Below, piece after piece: positions 1 to 9,640 of a stretch of DNA of 64,000 nt. The notes under the pieces are model-generated. The model did not search any database, was not told where the DNA came from, and saw nothing but the letters and a program-made list of their open reading frames with translations. The position numbers and the translations under genes are program-made. The DNA is taken from positions 13,528 through 77,527 of IMG/VR virus record IMGVR_UViG_3300000553_000021; one strand, given 5' to 3'. Numbering within the stretch: the first letter of the stretch is position 1; each line of letters begins with the position of its first letter. The stretch is from a virus. Lineage: Duplodnaviria > Heunggongvirae > Uroviricota > Caudoviricetes.

Positions 1-1
1 T

Positions 2-613
2 AATGGTGATATTATCGATGGATGGGCAATTAATAGAGGTAGTAAATGGAAAAAACAACATACCAAAGTTATATCTAAACTATTAAAACTTTCAAACAAA
101 ACTCAAATAATTTGGATAAGAGGAAATCACGATGAGTTTTTACATGAATTTATGGGAAACCATTTTGGTGGTATTGAAATTAGAGAAGATTATGTTCTTA
201 ACTTACATAATTCTATGGAGAGTTACTATATTTTCCATGGAGATGTTATTGATGTTTTTATAACAAAGTATAAATGGTTGGCAAAAATAGGTTCAATAGG
301 ATATGATTTTGCACTTACACTTAATCGTTGGTATAATCATTATAGAAAATGGAGAAATTTACCATATCAATCCATATCACAAAAAATAAAAGGTGGTGTT
401 AAAGCTGCAACTAATTATATAAATGATTTTGAAACAACTGCATTATCTATGGCAACTAAAAAAGGATGTGATGGAGTAATGTGTGGACATATTCATCAAC
501 CAGAGGATAGAATGATAAATGGTAAACGATATGTTAATAGTGGTGATTGGGTAGAAAACCTATCAGCAATTTTAGTAGATAAAGAAAATAATGTATATTT
601 ATATAAAAGTTAA
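2..613 (+). CDS. calcineurin-like metallophosphoesterase (LpxH-like); 5' end lies outside window
   Basis: Frame open from window edge; metallophosphatase blocks RGNHDEF and CGHIHQP present. Confidence 0.6.
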   Translation, partial: NGDIIDGWAINRGSKWKKQHTKVISKLLKLSNKTQIIWIRGNHDEFLHEFMGNHFGGIEIREDYVLNLHNSMESYYIFHGDVIDVFITKYKWLAKIGSIGYDFALTLNRWYNHYRKWRNLPYQSISQKIKGGVKAATNYINDFETTALSMATKKGCDGVMCGHIHQPEDRMINGKRYVNSGDWVENLSAILVDKENNVYLYKS

Positions 614-617
614 CATT

Positions 618-878
618 ATGGCAAAGAACTCAATTTTACAAAACGAAAACAAAAACACAATCAACGAACAGGAGATTGAATTAGCTATTTTACATTTAGT
701 AGAATTAGCAGAAAAAGCACACAACGAAGAACTACATGGTTTAGAAGAAGCACTTAATAGTGGTTTTATTGATGAATTTGAAGTTGCAAAATATAGAAAT
801 TTAAAAAAAGGTGAAGTTAAAGGTTTACATATCGCAATTGATATTTTAAATCATATTATTCATCATAACCAAAATTAA
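618..878 (+). CDS. hypothetical protein
   Basis: ORF track (591..878); internal ATG 618 (MAKNS...) avoids overlap with upstream gene. Confidence 0.45.
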   Translation: MAKNSILQNENKNTINEQEIELAILHLVELAEKAHNEELHGLEEALNSGFIDEFEVAKYRNLKKGEVKGLHIAIDILNHIIHHNQN

Positions 879-881
879 TGT

Positions 882-1601
882 ATGAAAAAATTATTTATAT
901 TATTAAGCGTATTTTTAGTAAGTCTTGTTGCAAATAGTCAAACAATTGGTTCCACAAAGACAGAGCAGTTTAAGGCATCGTTTGAAACAAAAAGTGATAT
1001 CTCACAATTTATGAATTATGATGGACCTCAAATCCCGATTCAATTATTAAAATGTGGAATAAGTGATGAAATGTACGAACAATATCCAGAACTTAAAGAA
1101 AAAAGGGTTGGTTTGGGCGTGGCTAATATTACATTGGAATATCTTGATAATCTTAATAGATTTACATTTACTGAAGATAAGACTGAAATTAAAAATCGCA
1201 TGGTTAAGCAATTTCAAGCTTCGCAGGCAGGTATTTCGCAAGATAAGCTCGATGGTAGGGGTAAAATCCGATTAGCACACTACTTTGTTGAAATTGAATG
1301 TTATGATTATTCAGTATCAGAAGATGAAGAAGTAAACTTAAAGAATGGTGTTAAAAATTTAATGGTAACAAGAATAGGTTTACAAGTCCGTTTTACAGAT
1401 GCAGAGAATGGAACAATAATTGCAGCAAGCGGATTGGGAGAAGCTAAAACTACAAGAGAATTGACTTTCCTTTCAGATGCAACAGTTGACCCTGTAAAAT
1501 TCAATCAATCTACTATTTCAATTGCAACTAAAAAAGCATTAGATATAGCATGTGCAAATATATTAAATAAAATGGTTAAAAAAGGTGTATTCACTAAATA
1601 A
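882..1601 (+). CDS. secreted/lipoprotein-like hypothetical protein
   Basis: N-terminal signal peptide MKKLFILLSVFLVSLVANSQ; 239 aa. Confidence 0.55.
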   Translation: MKKLFILLSVFLVSLVANSQTIGSTKTEQFKASFETKSDISQFMNYDGPQIPIQLLKCGISDEMYEQYPELKEKRVGLGVANITLEYLDNLNRFTFTEDKTEIKNRMVKQFQASQAGISQDKLDGRGKIRLAHYFVEIECYDYSVSEDEEVNLKNGVKNLMVTRIGLQVRFTDAENGTIIAASGLGEAKTTRELTFLSDATVDPVKFNQSTISIATKKALDIACANILNKMVKKGVFTK

Positions 1602-1603
1602 TT

Positions 1604-1801
1604 ATGGGAACAGCAGCAAAGAAAAAAAGACCAATGAGAAGTAGACGTTCTGGTGTTAAAAAAACAGAATTAGTTAAAAATAATTTGGAAATATTAAAAA
1701 AATTATCTACCTTTGTTTTAGTGGTAGGGTTATTAAGTTCATGTATTACAATCAATCCAAGACATCATCATGGATTTCACCATCACTATTATAGGAGATA
1801 A
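1604..1801 (+). CDS. small basic membrane-anchored protein
   Basis: K/R-rich N-terminus followed by hydrophobic helix; 65 aa. Confidence 0.4.
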   Translation: MGTAAKKKRPMRSRRSGVKKTELVKNNLEILKKLSTFVLVVGLLSSCITINPRHHHGFHHHYYRR

Positions 1802-1802
1802 T

Positions 1803-2006
1803 ATGATAAAACTTAAAGACCTGATAAAAGAAGAATATGATGAACATGAGAACGATAGAGATATGGTTACCGGTGTAGCGGAGCTTCTTTTGATGGTAAA
1901 GGATAAAGAAAATAGAAAAGAAATAGCAGATAATATGATTAATAAATTTAATGCAGAACATGTTATTTTTGATAAAGATGAATTTTTAAAAATGTGTGGT
2001 TGTTAA
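1803..2006 (+). CDS. hypothetical protein
   Basis: ORF track 1770..2006; ATG 1803 (MIKLKDL) abuts upstream stop. Confidence 0.4.
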   Translation: MIKLKDLIKEEYDEHENDRDMVTGVAELLLMVKDKENRKEIADNMINKFNAEHVIFDKDEFLKMCGC

Positions 2007-2178
2007 TATGAAACCATTTAAAACCATAGGATTGTTCTTAGCTGGTATAATGAGTATGTTTAGTGGCTCACCTAATATACCACATGGAACTGGTGGTTGT
2101 TGTGCAGAATGTGCAATAACAAAGGAAGATGATGATAAAATAGAAATGATTGTTCAAAATAAAAAGGAAAAGAAATGA
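1996..2178 (+). CDS. small hypothetical protein (signal-anchor, Cys-rich)
   Basis: ORF track; hydrophobic N-terminus, GGCCAECA motif. Confidence 0.35.
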   Translation: MVVNMKPFKTIGLFLAGIMSMFSGSPNIPHGTGGCCAECAITKEDDDKIEMIVQNKKEKK

Positions 2179-2477
2179 AAAAAGTATTAGGATTATTAGC
2201 AGTAGTATTTATGGTAGGTTGTGTAGCACCTTATCAAGCGGAAAGACCTTATAGTGTTACAGAAACAATCACAAAAGACAGTACTGGTAAAGAAGTTAAA
2301 ATTGTAACTAGAACATATGCAGATGGTACTCCTGTATCAACTCAAGTATATGTAAACACACCTTATTATTATAATGGAATTTTATATCCATATTGGGCAC
2401 CAAGTGTAGTAGTTCCTATTAGAATTGGTGGTGGATTTAGAGGTGGCTTCAGAGGTGGATTTAGAGGCAGACACTAA
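2175..2477 (+). CDS. lipoprotein with C-terminal GGFRGGFRGGFRG repeats
   Basis: Lipobox-like MKKVLGLLAVVFMVGC; Gly/Arg repeat tail. Confidence 0.5.
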   Translation: MKKVLGLLAVVFMVGCVAPYQAERPYSVTETITKDSTGKEVKIVTRTYADGTPVSTQVYVNTPYYYNGILYPYWAPSVVVPIRIGGGFRGGFRGGFRGRH

Positions 2478-2482
2478 TATAA

Positions 2483-3970
2483 ATGAAAAAATGGTTAGCA
2501 AGTTTATTCATAATTGTTACATTCTTATTCGCAAATAAAGCGATAGGACAAACCTATACCCAAACTTTTATAGATAAGTGTACGGGTCAGACGGTTAAAG
2601 CAACCACAACATATGTAAATGGAAACGCAGTAGTTTCTTTTTACAATCAAATACAAACATTCACACCACAGCAAGTTCAGTTGGGATTGTTGCAAGCATG
2701 GTTACAAGCTACATACGCAACATATCAATCAATGGCTTGTCCTGTTAATACAGTCGTAACTACTGTCGTAACACAGGCGGCAACAAATGCCGCAGCACAG
2801 GCTGCAAGTTCTGCCGCAAGTTCAGCCGCATCAGCAGCCGCAAGTTCGGCAGCAAGTAGTTCAGCATCATCTGCCGCAAGTAGTAGTGCAAGTTCGGCGG
2901 CAAGTAGTTCAGCAGCAACTGCCGCAGCACCTCCACCGCCGGCATCAACTCCACCTCCGGCAAGTAGCAGTTCTACAAGTGGAGGAACTGATACACCACC
3001 TCCTGCAAGTAGTAGTTCTACAAGTAGTGGGGGAGATACACCACCACCGGCAAGTAGTAGTTCATCATCTTCGAGTTCATCTTCATCAAGTAGTAGTTCT
3101 TCATCAGATAGTAAACCGGCAGCATCTTCGGATAGTAAATCTTCTGACAAACCGGCAGAAACTAAATCAGATAGTAAAAGTGATTCAAAATCCGAAAGTA
3201 AATCTGAAAGTAAAAAATCAGATGAAAAGAAAGATGACCAAAAGAAGGAGGAAAAAAAGAAAGAAGAAGAAAAGAAAAAAGAAGAGGAGAAAAAAAAGAA
3301 AGAACAACAAAGAGCATTAAATCCATTATTGTTAGCATCTGACTTAACAACAGCACAAGGAGCAGATGGTAAATATTCTGCAGCAATAACTGTCGGTATA
3401 TCTCAATCATCTATGGCGGGTGATGAAAGTTGGAGTGGAACATCAATGATATATTCAAATCTTAAACAATTTGTATTAGGTGGTGGATATACAAAAATGG
3501 ATTTCGAAAACGGACAACTAAACGCAATCAATTCTTATTCAACTGCATTTGCATATTTGAATGGAACATATATGAACTTATTAGGATATACATGGATTAA
3601 ACCAGATATCGTACATGGAACTTATGGATATAATGTTGGTTTAATTAATTTATTTTTACCAAATGGACATGGTGGTTTTGGTTATAGTATGAATACATCG
3701 ACAGTAGTATTTTGGACTAAACCATATCAGTATAGCCCAAAATTAACAATATCACCACAAATATTTACTATGTTTGCACCGATAGGTTGGAATAGTGTGA
3801 CGGGAGCAACAATGGTTAATAGACATATGGGATTTTTGACAGGTGCATCTTTCGACTATAAAATAAGTAAAAGGTTTGGATTTTCTTTCAATTATAAGAT
3901 GAGTGGCTCAACTCAACCTGGCACTCCCATATTACAAAATTTCTTAATAGGTAGTAGGGTCATATTATAG
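2483..3970 (+). CDS. secreted protein with long low-complexity (Ser/Ala, Pro-Ser, Lys/Glu) linker and beta-rich C-terminal domain
   Basis: Signal peptide MKKWLASLFIIVTFLFANKAIGQ; ~250 aa low-complexity linker; ~220-aa Gly/aromatic-rich C-terminal domain. Confidence 0.6.
   Translation: MKKWLASLFIIVTFLFANKAIGQTYTQTFIDKCTGQTVKATTTYVNGNAVVSFYNQIQTFTPQQVQLGLLQAWLQATYATYQSMACPVNTVVTTVVTQAATNAAAQAASSAASSAASAAASSAASSSASSAASSSASSAASSSAATAAAPPPPASTPPPASSSSTSGGTDTPPPASSSSTSSGGDTPPPASSSSSSSSSSSSSSSSSSDSKPAASSDSKSSDKPAETKSDSKSDSKSESKSESKKSDEKKDDQKKEEKKKEEEKKKEEEKKKKEQQRALNPLLLASDLTTAQGADGKYSAAITVGISQSSMAGDESWSGTSMIYSNLKQFVLGGGYTKMDFENGQLNAINSYSTAFAYLNGTYMNLLGYTWIKPDIVHGTYGYNVGLINLFLPNGHGGFGYSMNTSTVVFWTKPYQYSPKLTISPQIFTMFAPIGWNSVTGATMVNRHMGFLTGASFDYKISKRFGFSFNYKMSGSTQPGTPILQNFLIGSRVIL
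2790..3310 (+). repeat. low-complexity / short tandem codon repeats (GCAAGTTCxGCx, AAGAAGAAGAAAA) inside CDS 2483..3970
   Basis: Visible reiterated GCAGCAAGT/AGTAGT and AAGAAAGAAGAAGAAAAG tracts; generates spurious minus-strand ORFs. Confidence 0.8.
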
Positions 3971-4006
3971 TTTTTTATAATATGTAATCGATATTCTCAC
4001 TATTTT

Positions 4007-4037
4007 TTGGTAAATTGTGGAAATTGTCGTATATTTG
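4007..4037 (+). promoter_or_regulatory. Bacteroidetes-type sigma-A promoter (-33 TTG 4007-4009; -7 TATATTTG 4030-4037), leaderless into ATG 4043
   Basis: TAnnTTTG motif with a TTG 20 nt upstream; ATG 5 nt downstream. Confidence 0.5.
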
Positions 4038-4042
4038 ATTAT

Positions 4043-4915
4043 ATGGCAAAAGTATCATACTCACAATACACAATTTGGGCTAACTGTCCACATCAATATA
4101 AATTAAACTATATTGATAAATTAGGAACTTCAACATCAAACATTAATACCGTGTTTGGAACTTCAATGCATGAAGTCCTACAACACTACCTTACTGTCTT
4201 TTACGGAGTAAGTAAGAAGCAAGCAAATATGTTAGACCTTAAGGGTATGTTATTAGAATCCCTTAGAACGAATTTTACTAAGGAACAAGAGAAGGCACCA
4301 AAAGGAACGATAGTTTGTACCAAAAAAGAATTAGAGGAGTTCTATGGGGACGGTATTGAGATTTTACTATGGTTTGAAAAGCATAGTGATAGATTATTCT
4401 CAAAGAAAGGTTGGGAGCTTGTGGGTGTAGAAAAAACGTTAAATCTTAAAGTTAAAGATAATATTAATTTTTTAGGTTTCATAGATGTTCTGTTAAAACA
4501 TAAAGAAAGTGGTGAATATTATATCATTGACTTTAAAACAAGTGGTAGAGGTTGGACTAAGGATATGAAGAAAGATAAAACAAAACTTAATCAGTTATTG
4601 TTATACAAATATTTCTTAGCAGAACAATATAAGATTGATATAGAAAAGATTAAAGTAGAATATCACATTATCAAAAGAAAGGTAAGTAAAGATTTCGAAT
4701 ACCCAATCCCACATATTTCAGTATTTGTACCTGCGCATGGAACTAATACAACTAAGAGAGGGTACAAAGATTTTATGGAGTTTATTAATTCGGTATTTAA
4801 TGAGGATGGTTCGTATAATATGAATGCAAACTATGAACCAAATCCAGGTGAAAAGAATAAAAATTGTAGATTTTGTGAATTTAAGGATAGAAAATTGTGT
4901 TCTTTTTTTAAATAA
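4043..4915 (+). CDS. Cas4/RecB-like PD-(D/E)XK nuclease with Fe-S cluster cysteines
   Basis: IDVLL...IIDFKTSG (D...DhK nuclease motifs, like the DYKTG block of Cas4/AddB); one N-terminal Cys (CPHQY) and C-terminal CRFCEFKDRKLC; start moved to 4043 because 4007 lies inside the promoter. Confidence 0.6.
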   Translation: MAKVSYSQYTIWANCPHQYKLNYIDKLGTSTSNINTVFGTSMHEVLQHYLTVFYGVSKKQANMLDLKGMLLESLRTNFTKEQEKAPKGTIVCTKKELEEFYGDGIEILLWFEKHSDRLFSKKGWELVGVEKTLNLKVKDNINFLGFIDVLLKHKESGEYYIIDFKTSGRGWTKDMKKDKTKLNQLLLYKYFLAEQYKIDIEKIKVEYHIIKRKVSKDFEYPIPHISVFVPAHGTNTTKRGYKDFMEFINSVFNEDGSYNMNANYEPNPGEKNKNCRFCEFKDRKLCSFFK

Positions 4916-4956
4916 TGTTATATATATGTATATAATTAAAACAAACAAAATAAGTT

Positions 4957-5154
4957 ATGGCAGACAAAACACAATTGACATCTGTAAAAATATTAACTGA
5001 TTTGTATAAATCCTTTAAAGTTTTTACAATAACTGATGGGGTTACATTACAAAAACTGGTTAATAGAAGTATCGATCTTTATATGAACAACGAAGAATAT
5101 CGAACAACAATTACAAAATATACAGAGTTACAACAAAGTGGTTCACAATTTTAA
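4957..5154 (+). CDS. hypothetical protein
   Basis: ORF track; TAAGTTATGG start context. Confidence 0.45.
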   Translation: MADKTQLTSVKILTDLYKSFKVFTITDGVTLQKLVNRSIDLYMNNEEYRTTITKYTELQQSGSQF

Positions 5155-5169
5155 TAATTAAAACAAGTT

Positions 5170-6573
5170 ATGGCAAAAAAGAAAATCCTGTTATTAGCGG
5201 ATGACTTAAGAATGAGTAGTGGTATTGCTAATATGAGTAAGCAATTGGTAATGGGTTCACTACAACACTATGATTGGGTACAACTGGGTGCAGCAGTTCA
5301 CCATCCAGAAGAAGGTAAGATTTTAGATTTATGTGATGATGTTCGTGGTAAAACAGGAGTAGCCGATGCATATTTAAAAATTTATCCATCATCTGGATAT
5401 GGTACACCTGAAAAATTAAGACAAGTATTAGAGTTAGAAAAACCAGATGCTATCTTGCACTTTACCGATCCAAGATATTGGATATGGTTGTATGATATTG
5501 AGCATGAAATTAGACAACACACACCAATTTTCTTTTACCATATTTGGGATGATTTACCAGACCCTAAATACAACAGAGATTATTACGAAAGTTGTGATTG
5601 GATTGGTTGTATTTCTAAACAAACATTTGGAATTACAAATAGAGTTTGGAGTTTAACTACAAAAGATAGATGGAAACAACCAGAACCTTGGCAAGTAAGT
5701 TATGTACCACATGGTATTAATCCAAATGATTATAACGTAGTAGACGTACCTCAAGAGTTCAAACAAAAAATATTCGGTGATAAAACATATGATTTCGTAT
5801 TATATTGGAGCAACCGAAATATCAGAAGAAAACAACCTATTGAAGTTATCTATGCATTTAAAGAATTTGTAGCAAAGCTTACTGCTGAACAAGCAGCAAA
5901 GACAGTATTGTTAATGCATACACAACCAGTAGATGAAAACGGAACAGATTTACCTAAAGTAATTGCAGATAATGCACCTGAAATAAATGTAATATTTGAT
6001 AGTGGTAGATGGAGTGAAACCGAATTAAACTATCTTTACAATTTAGCAGATGTTACAATTAACTTAGCTTCTAATGAAGGATTTGGATTAGCAACTGCAG
6101 AAAGTATTATGGCAGGAACACCTATTATCGTAAATGTAACTGGTGGTATGCAAGATCAATGTGGGTTCTTATTTCAAAATGATGAAGTTGGTGGAAATTG
6201 GGATTACACAAGACCATCTGATTATGTTAAATGGGGTTCTTTGCATGATTGGAGATTATGGAAAGATAAATTAAAACATGGAGAATGGGTAAAACCAGTT
6301 TGGTCAACATCTCGTTCATTCACAGGTTCAGTTCCCACACCATATATTTTTGAAGACCATATTGATTTTGTAGAAGTAGCAGATAAAATCAAAGAGTGGT
6401 ATGATATGGGTAGAGATGAAAGAAAACATAAAGGTTTATTGGGTAGAGATTTTGCATTAGGAGTTGGTGGATTGAGTGTACAAAATATGTGCCAAACCCT
6501 AATTAACGGAATGGATACTGCATTACAAAATTGGAAACCTAGAAAAAAATACGAATTATTCAAATTAAAATAA
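5170..6573 (+). CDS. glycosyltransferase family 1 (GT4-like)
   Basis: C-terminal motif EGFGLATAESIMAGTPII, matching the GT1 E-x7-E / EGFG signature. Confidence 0.65.
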   Translation: MAKKKILLLADDLRMSSGIANMSKQLVMGSLQHYDWVQLGAAVHHPEEGKILDLCDDVRGKTGVADAYLKIYPSSGYGTPEKLRQVLELEKPDAILHFTDPRYWIWLYDIEHEIRQHTPIFFYHIWDDLPDPKYNRDYYESCDWIGCISKQTFGITNRVWSLTTKDRWKQPEPWQVSYVPHGINPNDYNVVDVPQEFKQKIFGDKTYDFVLYWSNRNIRRKQPIEVIYAFKEFVAKLTAEQAAKTVLLMHTQPVDENGTDLPKVIADNAPEINVIFDSGRWSETELNYLYNLADVTINLASNEGFGLATAESIMAGTPIIVNVTGGMQDQCGFLFQNDEVGGNWDYTRPSDYVKWGSLHDWRLWKDKLKHGEWVKPVWSTSRSFTGSVPTPYIFEDHIDFVEVADKIKEWYDMGRDERKHKGLLGRDFALGVGGLSVQNMCQTLINGMDTALQNWKPRKKYELFKLK

Positions 6574-6576
6574 GTT

Positions 6577-7839
6577 ATGGCAGAAATTAAAAAACCTTTA
6601 TTAGTAGTTCAAGGACCGGTGGCAACCCGTAGTGGATATGGTGACCATAGTAGAGATTTAGTTAGAAGTTTAATCAGTTTAGATAAATACGATATTAGAA
6701 TTATATCATTACGTTGGGGAAATACACCGATGAATGCATTAAATCCTAATAATGAAAGTGATAAACAAATTATAGATAGAATTGGTTTACCTATTGATAG
6801 AAAACCAGATGTATTTATTCAAATTTCAGTACCAAATGAATTTGAAGCAAAGGGTACATACAATATTGGTATCACAGCAGGTATTGAAACGACAGTAGCA
6901 CCTATTGATTGGATACATGGTTGTAATAGAATGGATTTAATTATAGTTCCATCTCAATTTTCTAAAGATGTATTAATTAATACTACTTATGTGGAAAAAA
7001 ATAATGTAACACAACAGGTAATGAATACGTTTAAAATTGTAAAACCAATTGAAGTTCTTTTTGAAGGATTTAATAATGAAACATTTGGAGCAAGTGATGT
7101 TCCAACTATTACTGAATTAGACCAAATCAAAGAAGATTTTGCATTTCTATTTACAGGTCACTGGTTACAAGGTGAATTAGGACATGACAGAAAAGATGTT
7201 GGTATGACGATTAAAACATTTTGTCACGCATTTGGTGGACAAAAGAACGCTCCGGCATTAGTATTAAAAACATCATCAGCAGGATTTAGTGTTAGAGATA
7301 GAGAGGATATGGCGGGCAGAATTGAACAACTTACTAAAGAGTTTGGTACAAGTTGTCCTCCAATTTATTTATTACATGGTGAGTTTACCGAAGATGAAAT
7401 GCATGGGTTATACGAAAATCCAAAAGTTAAAGCAATGGTATCTTTTACACATGGTGAAGGATTCGGTAGACCTCTTTTAGAATTTAGTTTGACTGGTAAG
7501 CCGGTGATTGCTTCTAATTGGAGTGGACATTTAGATTTCTTAAAGAGTGGTGCAGTATTATTAGAGGGTGAATTAAAAGATGTTCATCCATCGGCACAAA
7601 ATCAATTTATTATACAAAGTAGTAAGTGGTTTTATGTAAATTATAGTAGTGCAATTACTAAATTAAAAGATATTTATAAGAACTACGATAAATATAAAAT
7701 CGCATCATTTCAATTAGGTAAACAAAACAAACAGAATTTTAGTTTAGAACAAATGACTAAATTATTTGATACAATTTTAACTCAATATGTTCCAACAATA
7801 AAACAATTCATACCATTGAATTTACCAACATTAAACTAA
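6577..7839 (+). CDS. glycosyltransferase family 1
   Basis: EGFGRPLLEFSLTGKPVIAS motif; 420 aa. Confidence 0.6.
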   Translation: MAEIKKPLLVVQGPVATRSGYGDHSRDLVRSLISLDKYDIRIISLRWGNTPMNALNPNNESDKQIIDRIGLPIDRKPDVFIQISVPNEFEAKGTYNIGITAGIETTVAPIDWIHGCNRMDLIIVPSQFSKDVLINTTYVEKNNVTQQVMNTFKIVKPIEVLFEGFNNETFGASDVPTITELDQIKEDFAFLFTGHWLQGELGHDRKDVGMTIKTFCHAFGGQKNAPALVLKTSSAGFSVRDREDMAGRIEQLTKEFGTSCPPIYLLHGEFTEDEMHGLYENPKVKAMVSFTHGEGFGRPLLEFSLTGKPVIASNWSGHLDFLKSGAVLLEGELKDVHPSAQNQFIIQSSKWFYVNYSSAITKLKDIYKNYDKYKIASFQLGKQNKQNFSLEQMTKLFDTILTQYVPTIKQFIPLNLPTLN

Positions 7840-7840
7840 T

Positions 7841-8383
7841 ATGAATCAAATACATCATTATAGGCAATATTTTTACAAAGAAATACCAACCTCAATTAAT
7901 GAAGTAAAAAATGGTGCATTTTATAGATTATATGGTTACAAATACGAAGATACAGGTAAAACAGAATCTTATAGTGCAGCAGGAACGCCATTATTATTAG
8001 TTTTAGGAAAAAACACTAGAAAAGGATTAATACATTGTATAAAATTAAATGAATTACCATTGAGTAGATTTTTAAAATTATATGATGATATTCAAGACCA
8101 AAAATATACTAAAGAATTAATCAAAGAAATTGAAGATAATGATAAAACCTTTAATGATGATTTAGGATATGATACTGGTAGAAAAGCTATTTTAATTGAT
8201 AGAAGTGGTAAAACATTCTACAAAAAATCAGTTAAAAATAATAGTGATTTAAAAAAATATGATGTATATCGAACCTACAAAAAGAAAAATATAAAAATGA
8301 TTAAAGAATTATATTTTGATGTATCTAAATTAAAAACAAAATTAGGATTTAAAAACTTCAATAACGAAACAGAAATATTATAA
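7841..8383 (+). CDS. hypothetical protein
   Basis: ORF track, 180 aa. Confidence 0.5.
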   Translation: MNQIHHYRQYFYKEIPTSINEVKNGAFYRLYGYKYEDTGKTESYSAAGTPLLLVLGKNTRKGLIHCIKLNELPLSRFLKLYDDIQDQKYTKELIKEIEDNDKTFNDDLGYDTGRKAILIDRSGKTFYKKSVKNNSDLKKYDVYRTYKKKNIKMIKELYFDVSKLKTKLGFKNFNNETEIL

Positions 8384-8385
8384 AA

Positions 8386-9012
8386 ATGAAAATAAGTTAC
8401 GCAGTTACGGTTGCAGATGAAATTAAGGAAATACAAACTTTACTTCCTTTATTGATAGAAAACAAAATAGATACCGATGAAATTATTGTTCAATATGATA
8501 ATCAAAAGGTGACAGTTGAAGTATTGGAATATCTTAATGATTTGGTATTTGATAAGAAAATTGATAAATTAATTGGATATCCTCTTAATGGAGATTTTGG
8601 AACATACAAACAACATCTTAATCAAAATTGTTCAGGAGATTGGATATTTCAGTTAGATGCAGACGAAATTTTAGATACCAAATTAATAAATAATTTAGGT
8701 TCTATATTAGAAGGAAATCCAAATATTGAAATGTTTTTTATTCCTAGAATTAATATTGTAAACGGATTAACCGATGAGCATATTAAAAAATGGGGATGGC
8801 AAGTAAATGAATTGGGTTGGGTAAACTTTCCTGATGTACAAGGTAGATTATATCAAAACAAACAATCTATATTTTGGAGTGGTAAAGTACATGAACAATT
8901 ACAAGGATTTGAGAGCTATTCTATCTTTCCACAAGATGAGACATATTGTATTAAACACATTAAAGAAATAGAAAGACAAGAAAGACAAAACAATTTTTAT
9001 GAGCAATTATAA
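8386..9012 (+). CDS. glycosyltransferase family 2-like
   Basis: N-terminal ISYAVTVADE...; DxD-like QLDADEIL. Confidence 0.45.
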   Translation: MKISYAVTVADEIKEIQTLLPLLIENKIDTDEIIVQYDNQKVTVEVLEYLNDLVFDKKIDKLIGYPLNGDFGTYKQHLNQNCSGDWIFQLDADEILDTKLINNLGSILEGNPNIEMFFIPRINIVNGLTDEHIKKWGWQVNELGWVNFPDVQGRLYQNKQSIFWSGKVHEQLQGFESYSIFPQDETYCIKHIKEIERQERQNNFYEQL

Positions 9013-9640
9013 AGAAGTTACGGTCGTTTGTACAAGTTGTAATAGACCTGACCTATTAGAAAAAACATTAGATAGTTTTTTCAAATATAATACATATCCA
9101 ATTACAAAATTTGATATAATAGATGATAGTGGTGTTGTTGGATGTAATGATTATTTACAAGAAAAATTTCCATCAGTAAATTTTTGGTATAATGAAACTA
9201 ATATAGGACAGGTTGCAAGTATAGATAAAATATATGGATATGTAAGTACTCCGTATGTATTTCATATGGAAGAAGATTGGGAATTTTACAAAGAAGGATT
9301 TATAGAAGCATGTTTAGATGTAATTGATTTAGATGAAAAGATTATATGTGTATGGACTAGAGACCCTAACGATACACCACATCCATCATTAGATCCTACA
9401 TATGATATCAATGGAAAGGGTGTTAGGAGATTAGTATGGGGATTTGATGGACATTGGCATGGATTTACATTCAACCCATCACTAAAGAAAATTAAAGACT
9501 GGGATGGATATACAAAAATTGGGAGAGAATTAGAATTAAGTAAATATTATTATGAAAAGGGTTATTTTGCTATGATATTCACCGAAGGATATTGTAAACA
9601 TATTGGATGGGATAGGCATGTAACTGATAAAGGTGAATAA
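8999..9640 (+). CDS. glycosyltransferase family 2
   Basis: VTVVCTSCNRPDLLEKTLDSF...DIIDDSG, matching the GT2 pattern hhhhPxYNxxxxLxxxLxSh...hhhhDDGS. Confidence 0.55.
   Translation: MSNYKEVTVVCTSCNRPDLLEKTLDSFFKYNTYPITKFDIIDDSGVVGCNDYLQEKFPSVNFWYNETNIGQVASIDKIYGYVSTPYVFHMEEDWEFYKEGFIEACLDVIDLDEKIICVWTRDPNDTPHPSLDPTYDINGKGVRRLVWGFDGHWHGFTFNPSLKKIKDWDGYTKIGRELELSKYYYEKGYFAMIFTEGYCKHIGWDRHVTDKGE

Noticed and set aside
1047-1504. Small ORFs inside or antisense to gene 882..1601 (1047..1241 -, 1063..1275 +, 1307..1504 -)
   Set aside because: They are fully embedded in a longer, signal-peptide-bearing ORF. Their Leu/Ile/Phe-rich composition is typical of AT-rich antisense frames.
2725-3410. Minus-strand and alternate-frame ORFs (2725..3150, 2760..2963, 2787..3320, 3162..3410) overlapping the Ser/Ala/Lys-Glu region
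   Set aside because: They are translations of the low-complexity codon repeats of CDS 2483..3970, which has a signal peptide and a globular C-terminus. Every other gene in the window is on the + strand.
2483-3970. Assignment of the C-terminal domain to PorP/SprF, TonB or T9SS families
   Set aside because: It lacks the diagnostic N-terminal QQDPQ-type PorP motif and a TonB C-terminal fold signature. It is left as an uncharacterised beta-rich domain.
5447-7480. Embedded ORFs 5447..5656, 6222..6563 (-), 7289..7480 inside the glycosyltransferase genes
   Set aside because: They lie within longer ORFs that carry recognisable GT motifs, and have no independent start context.
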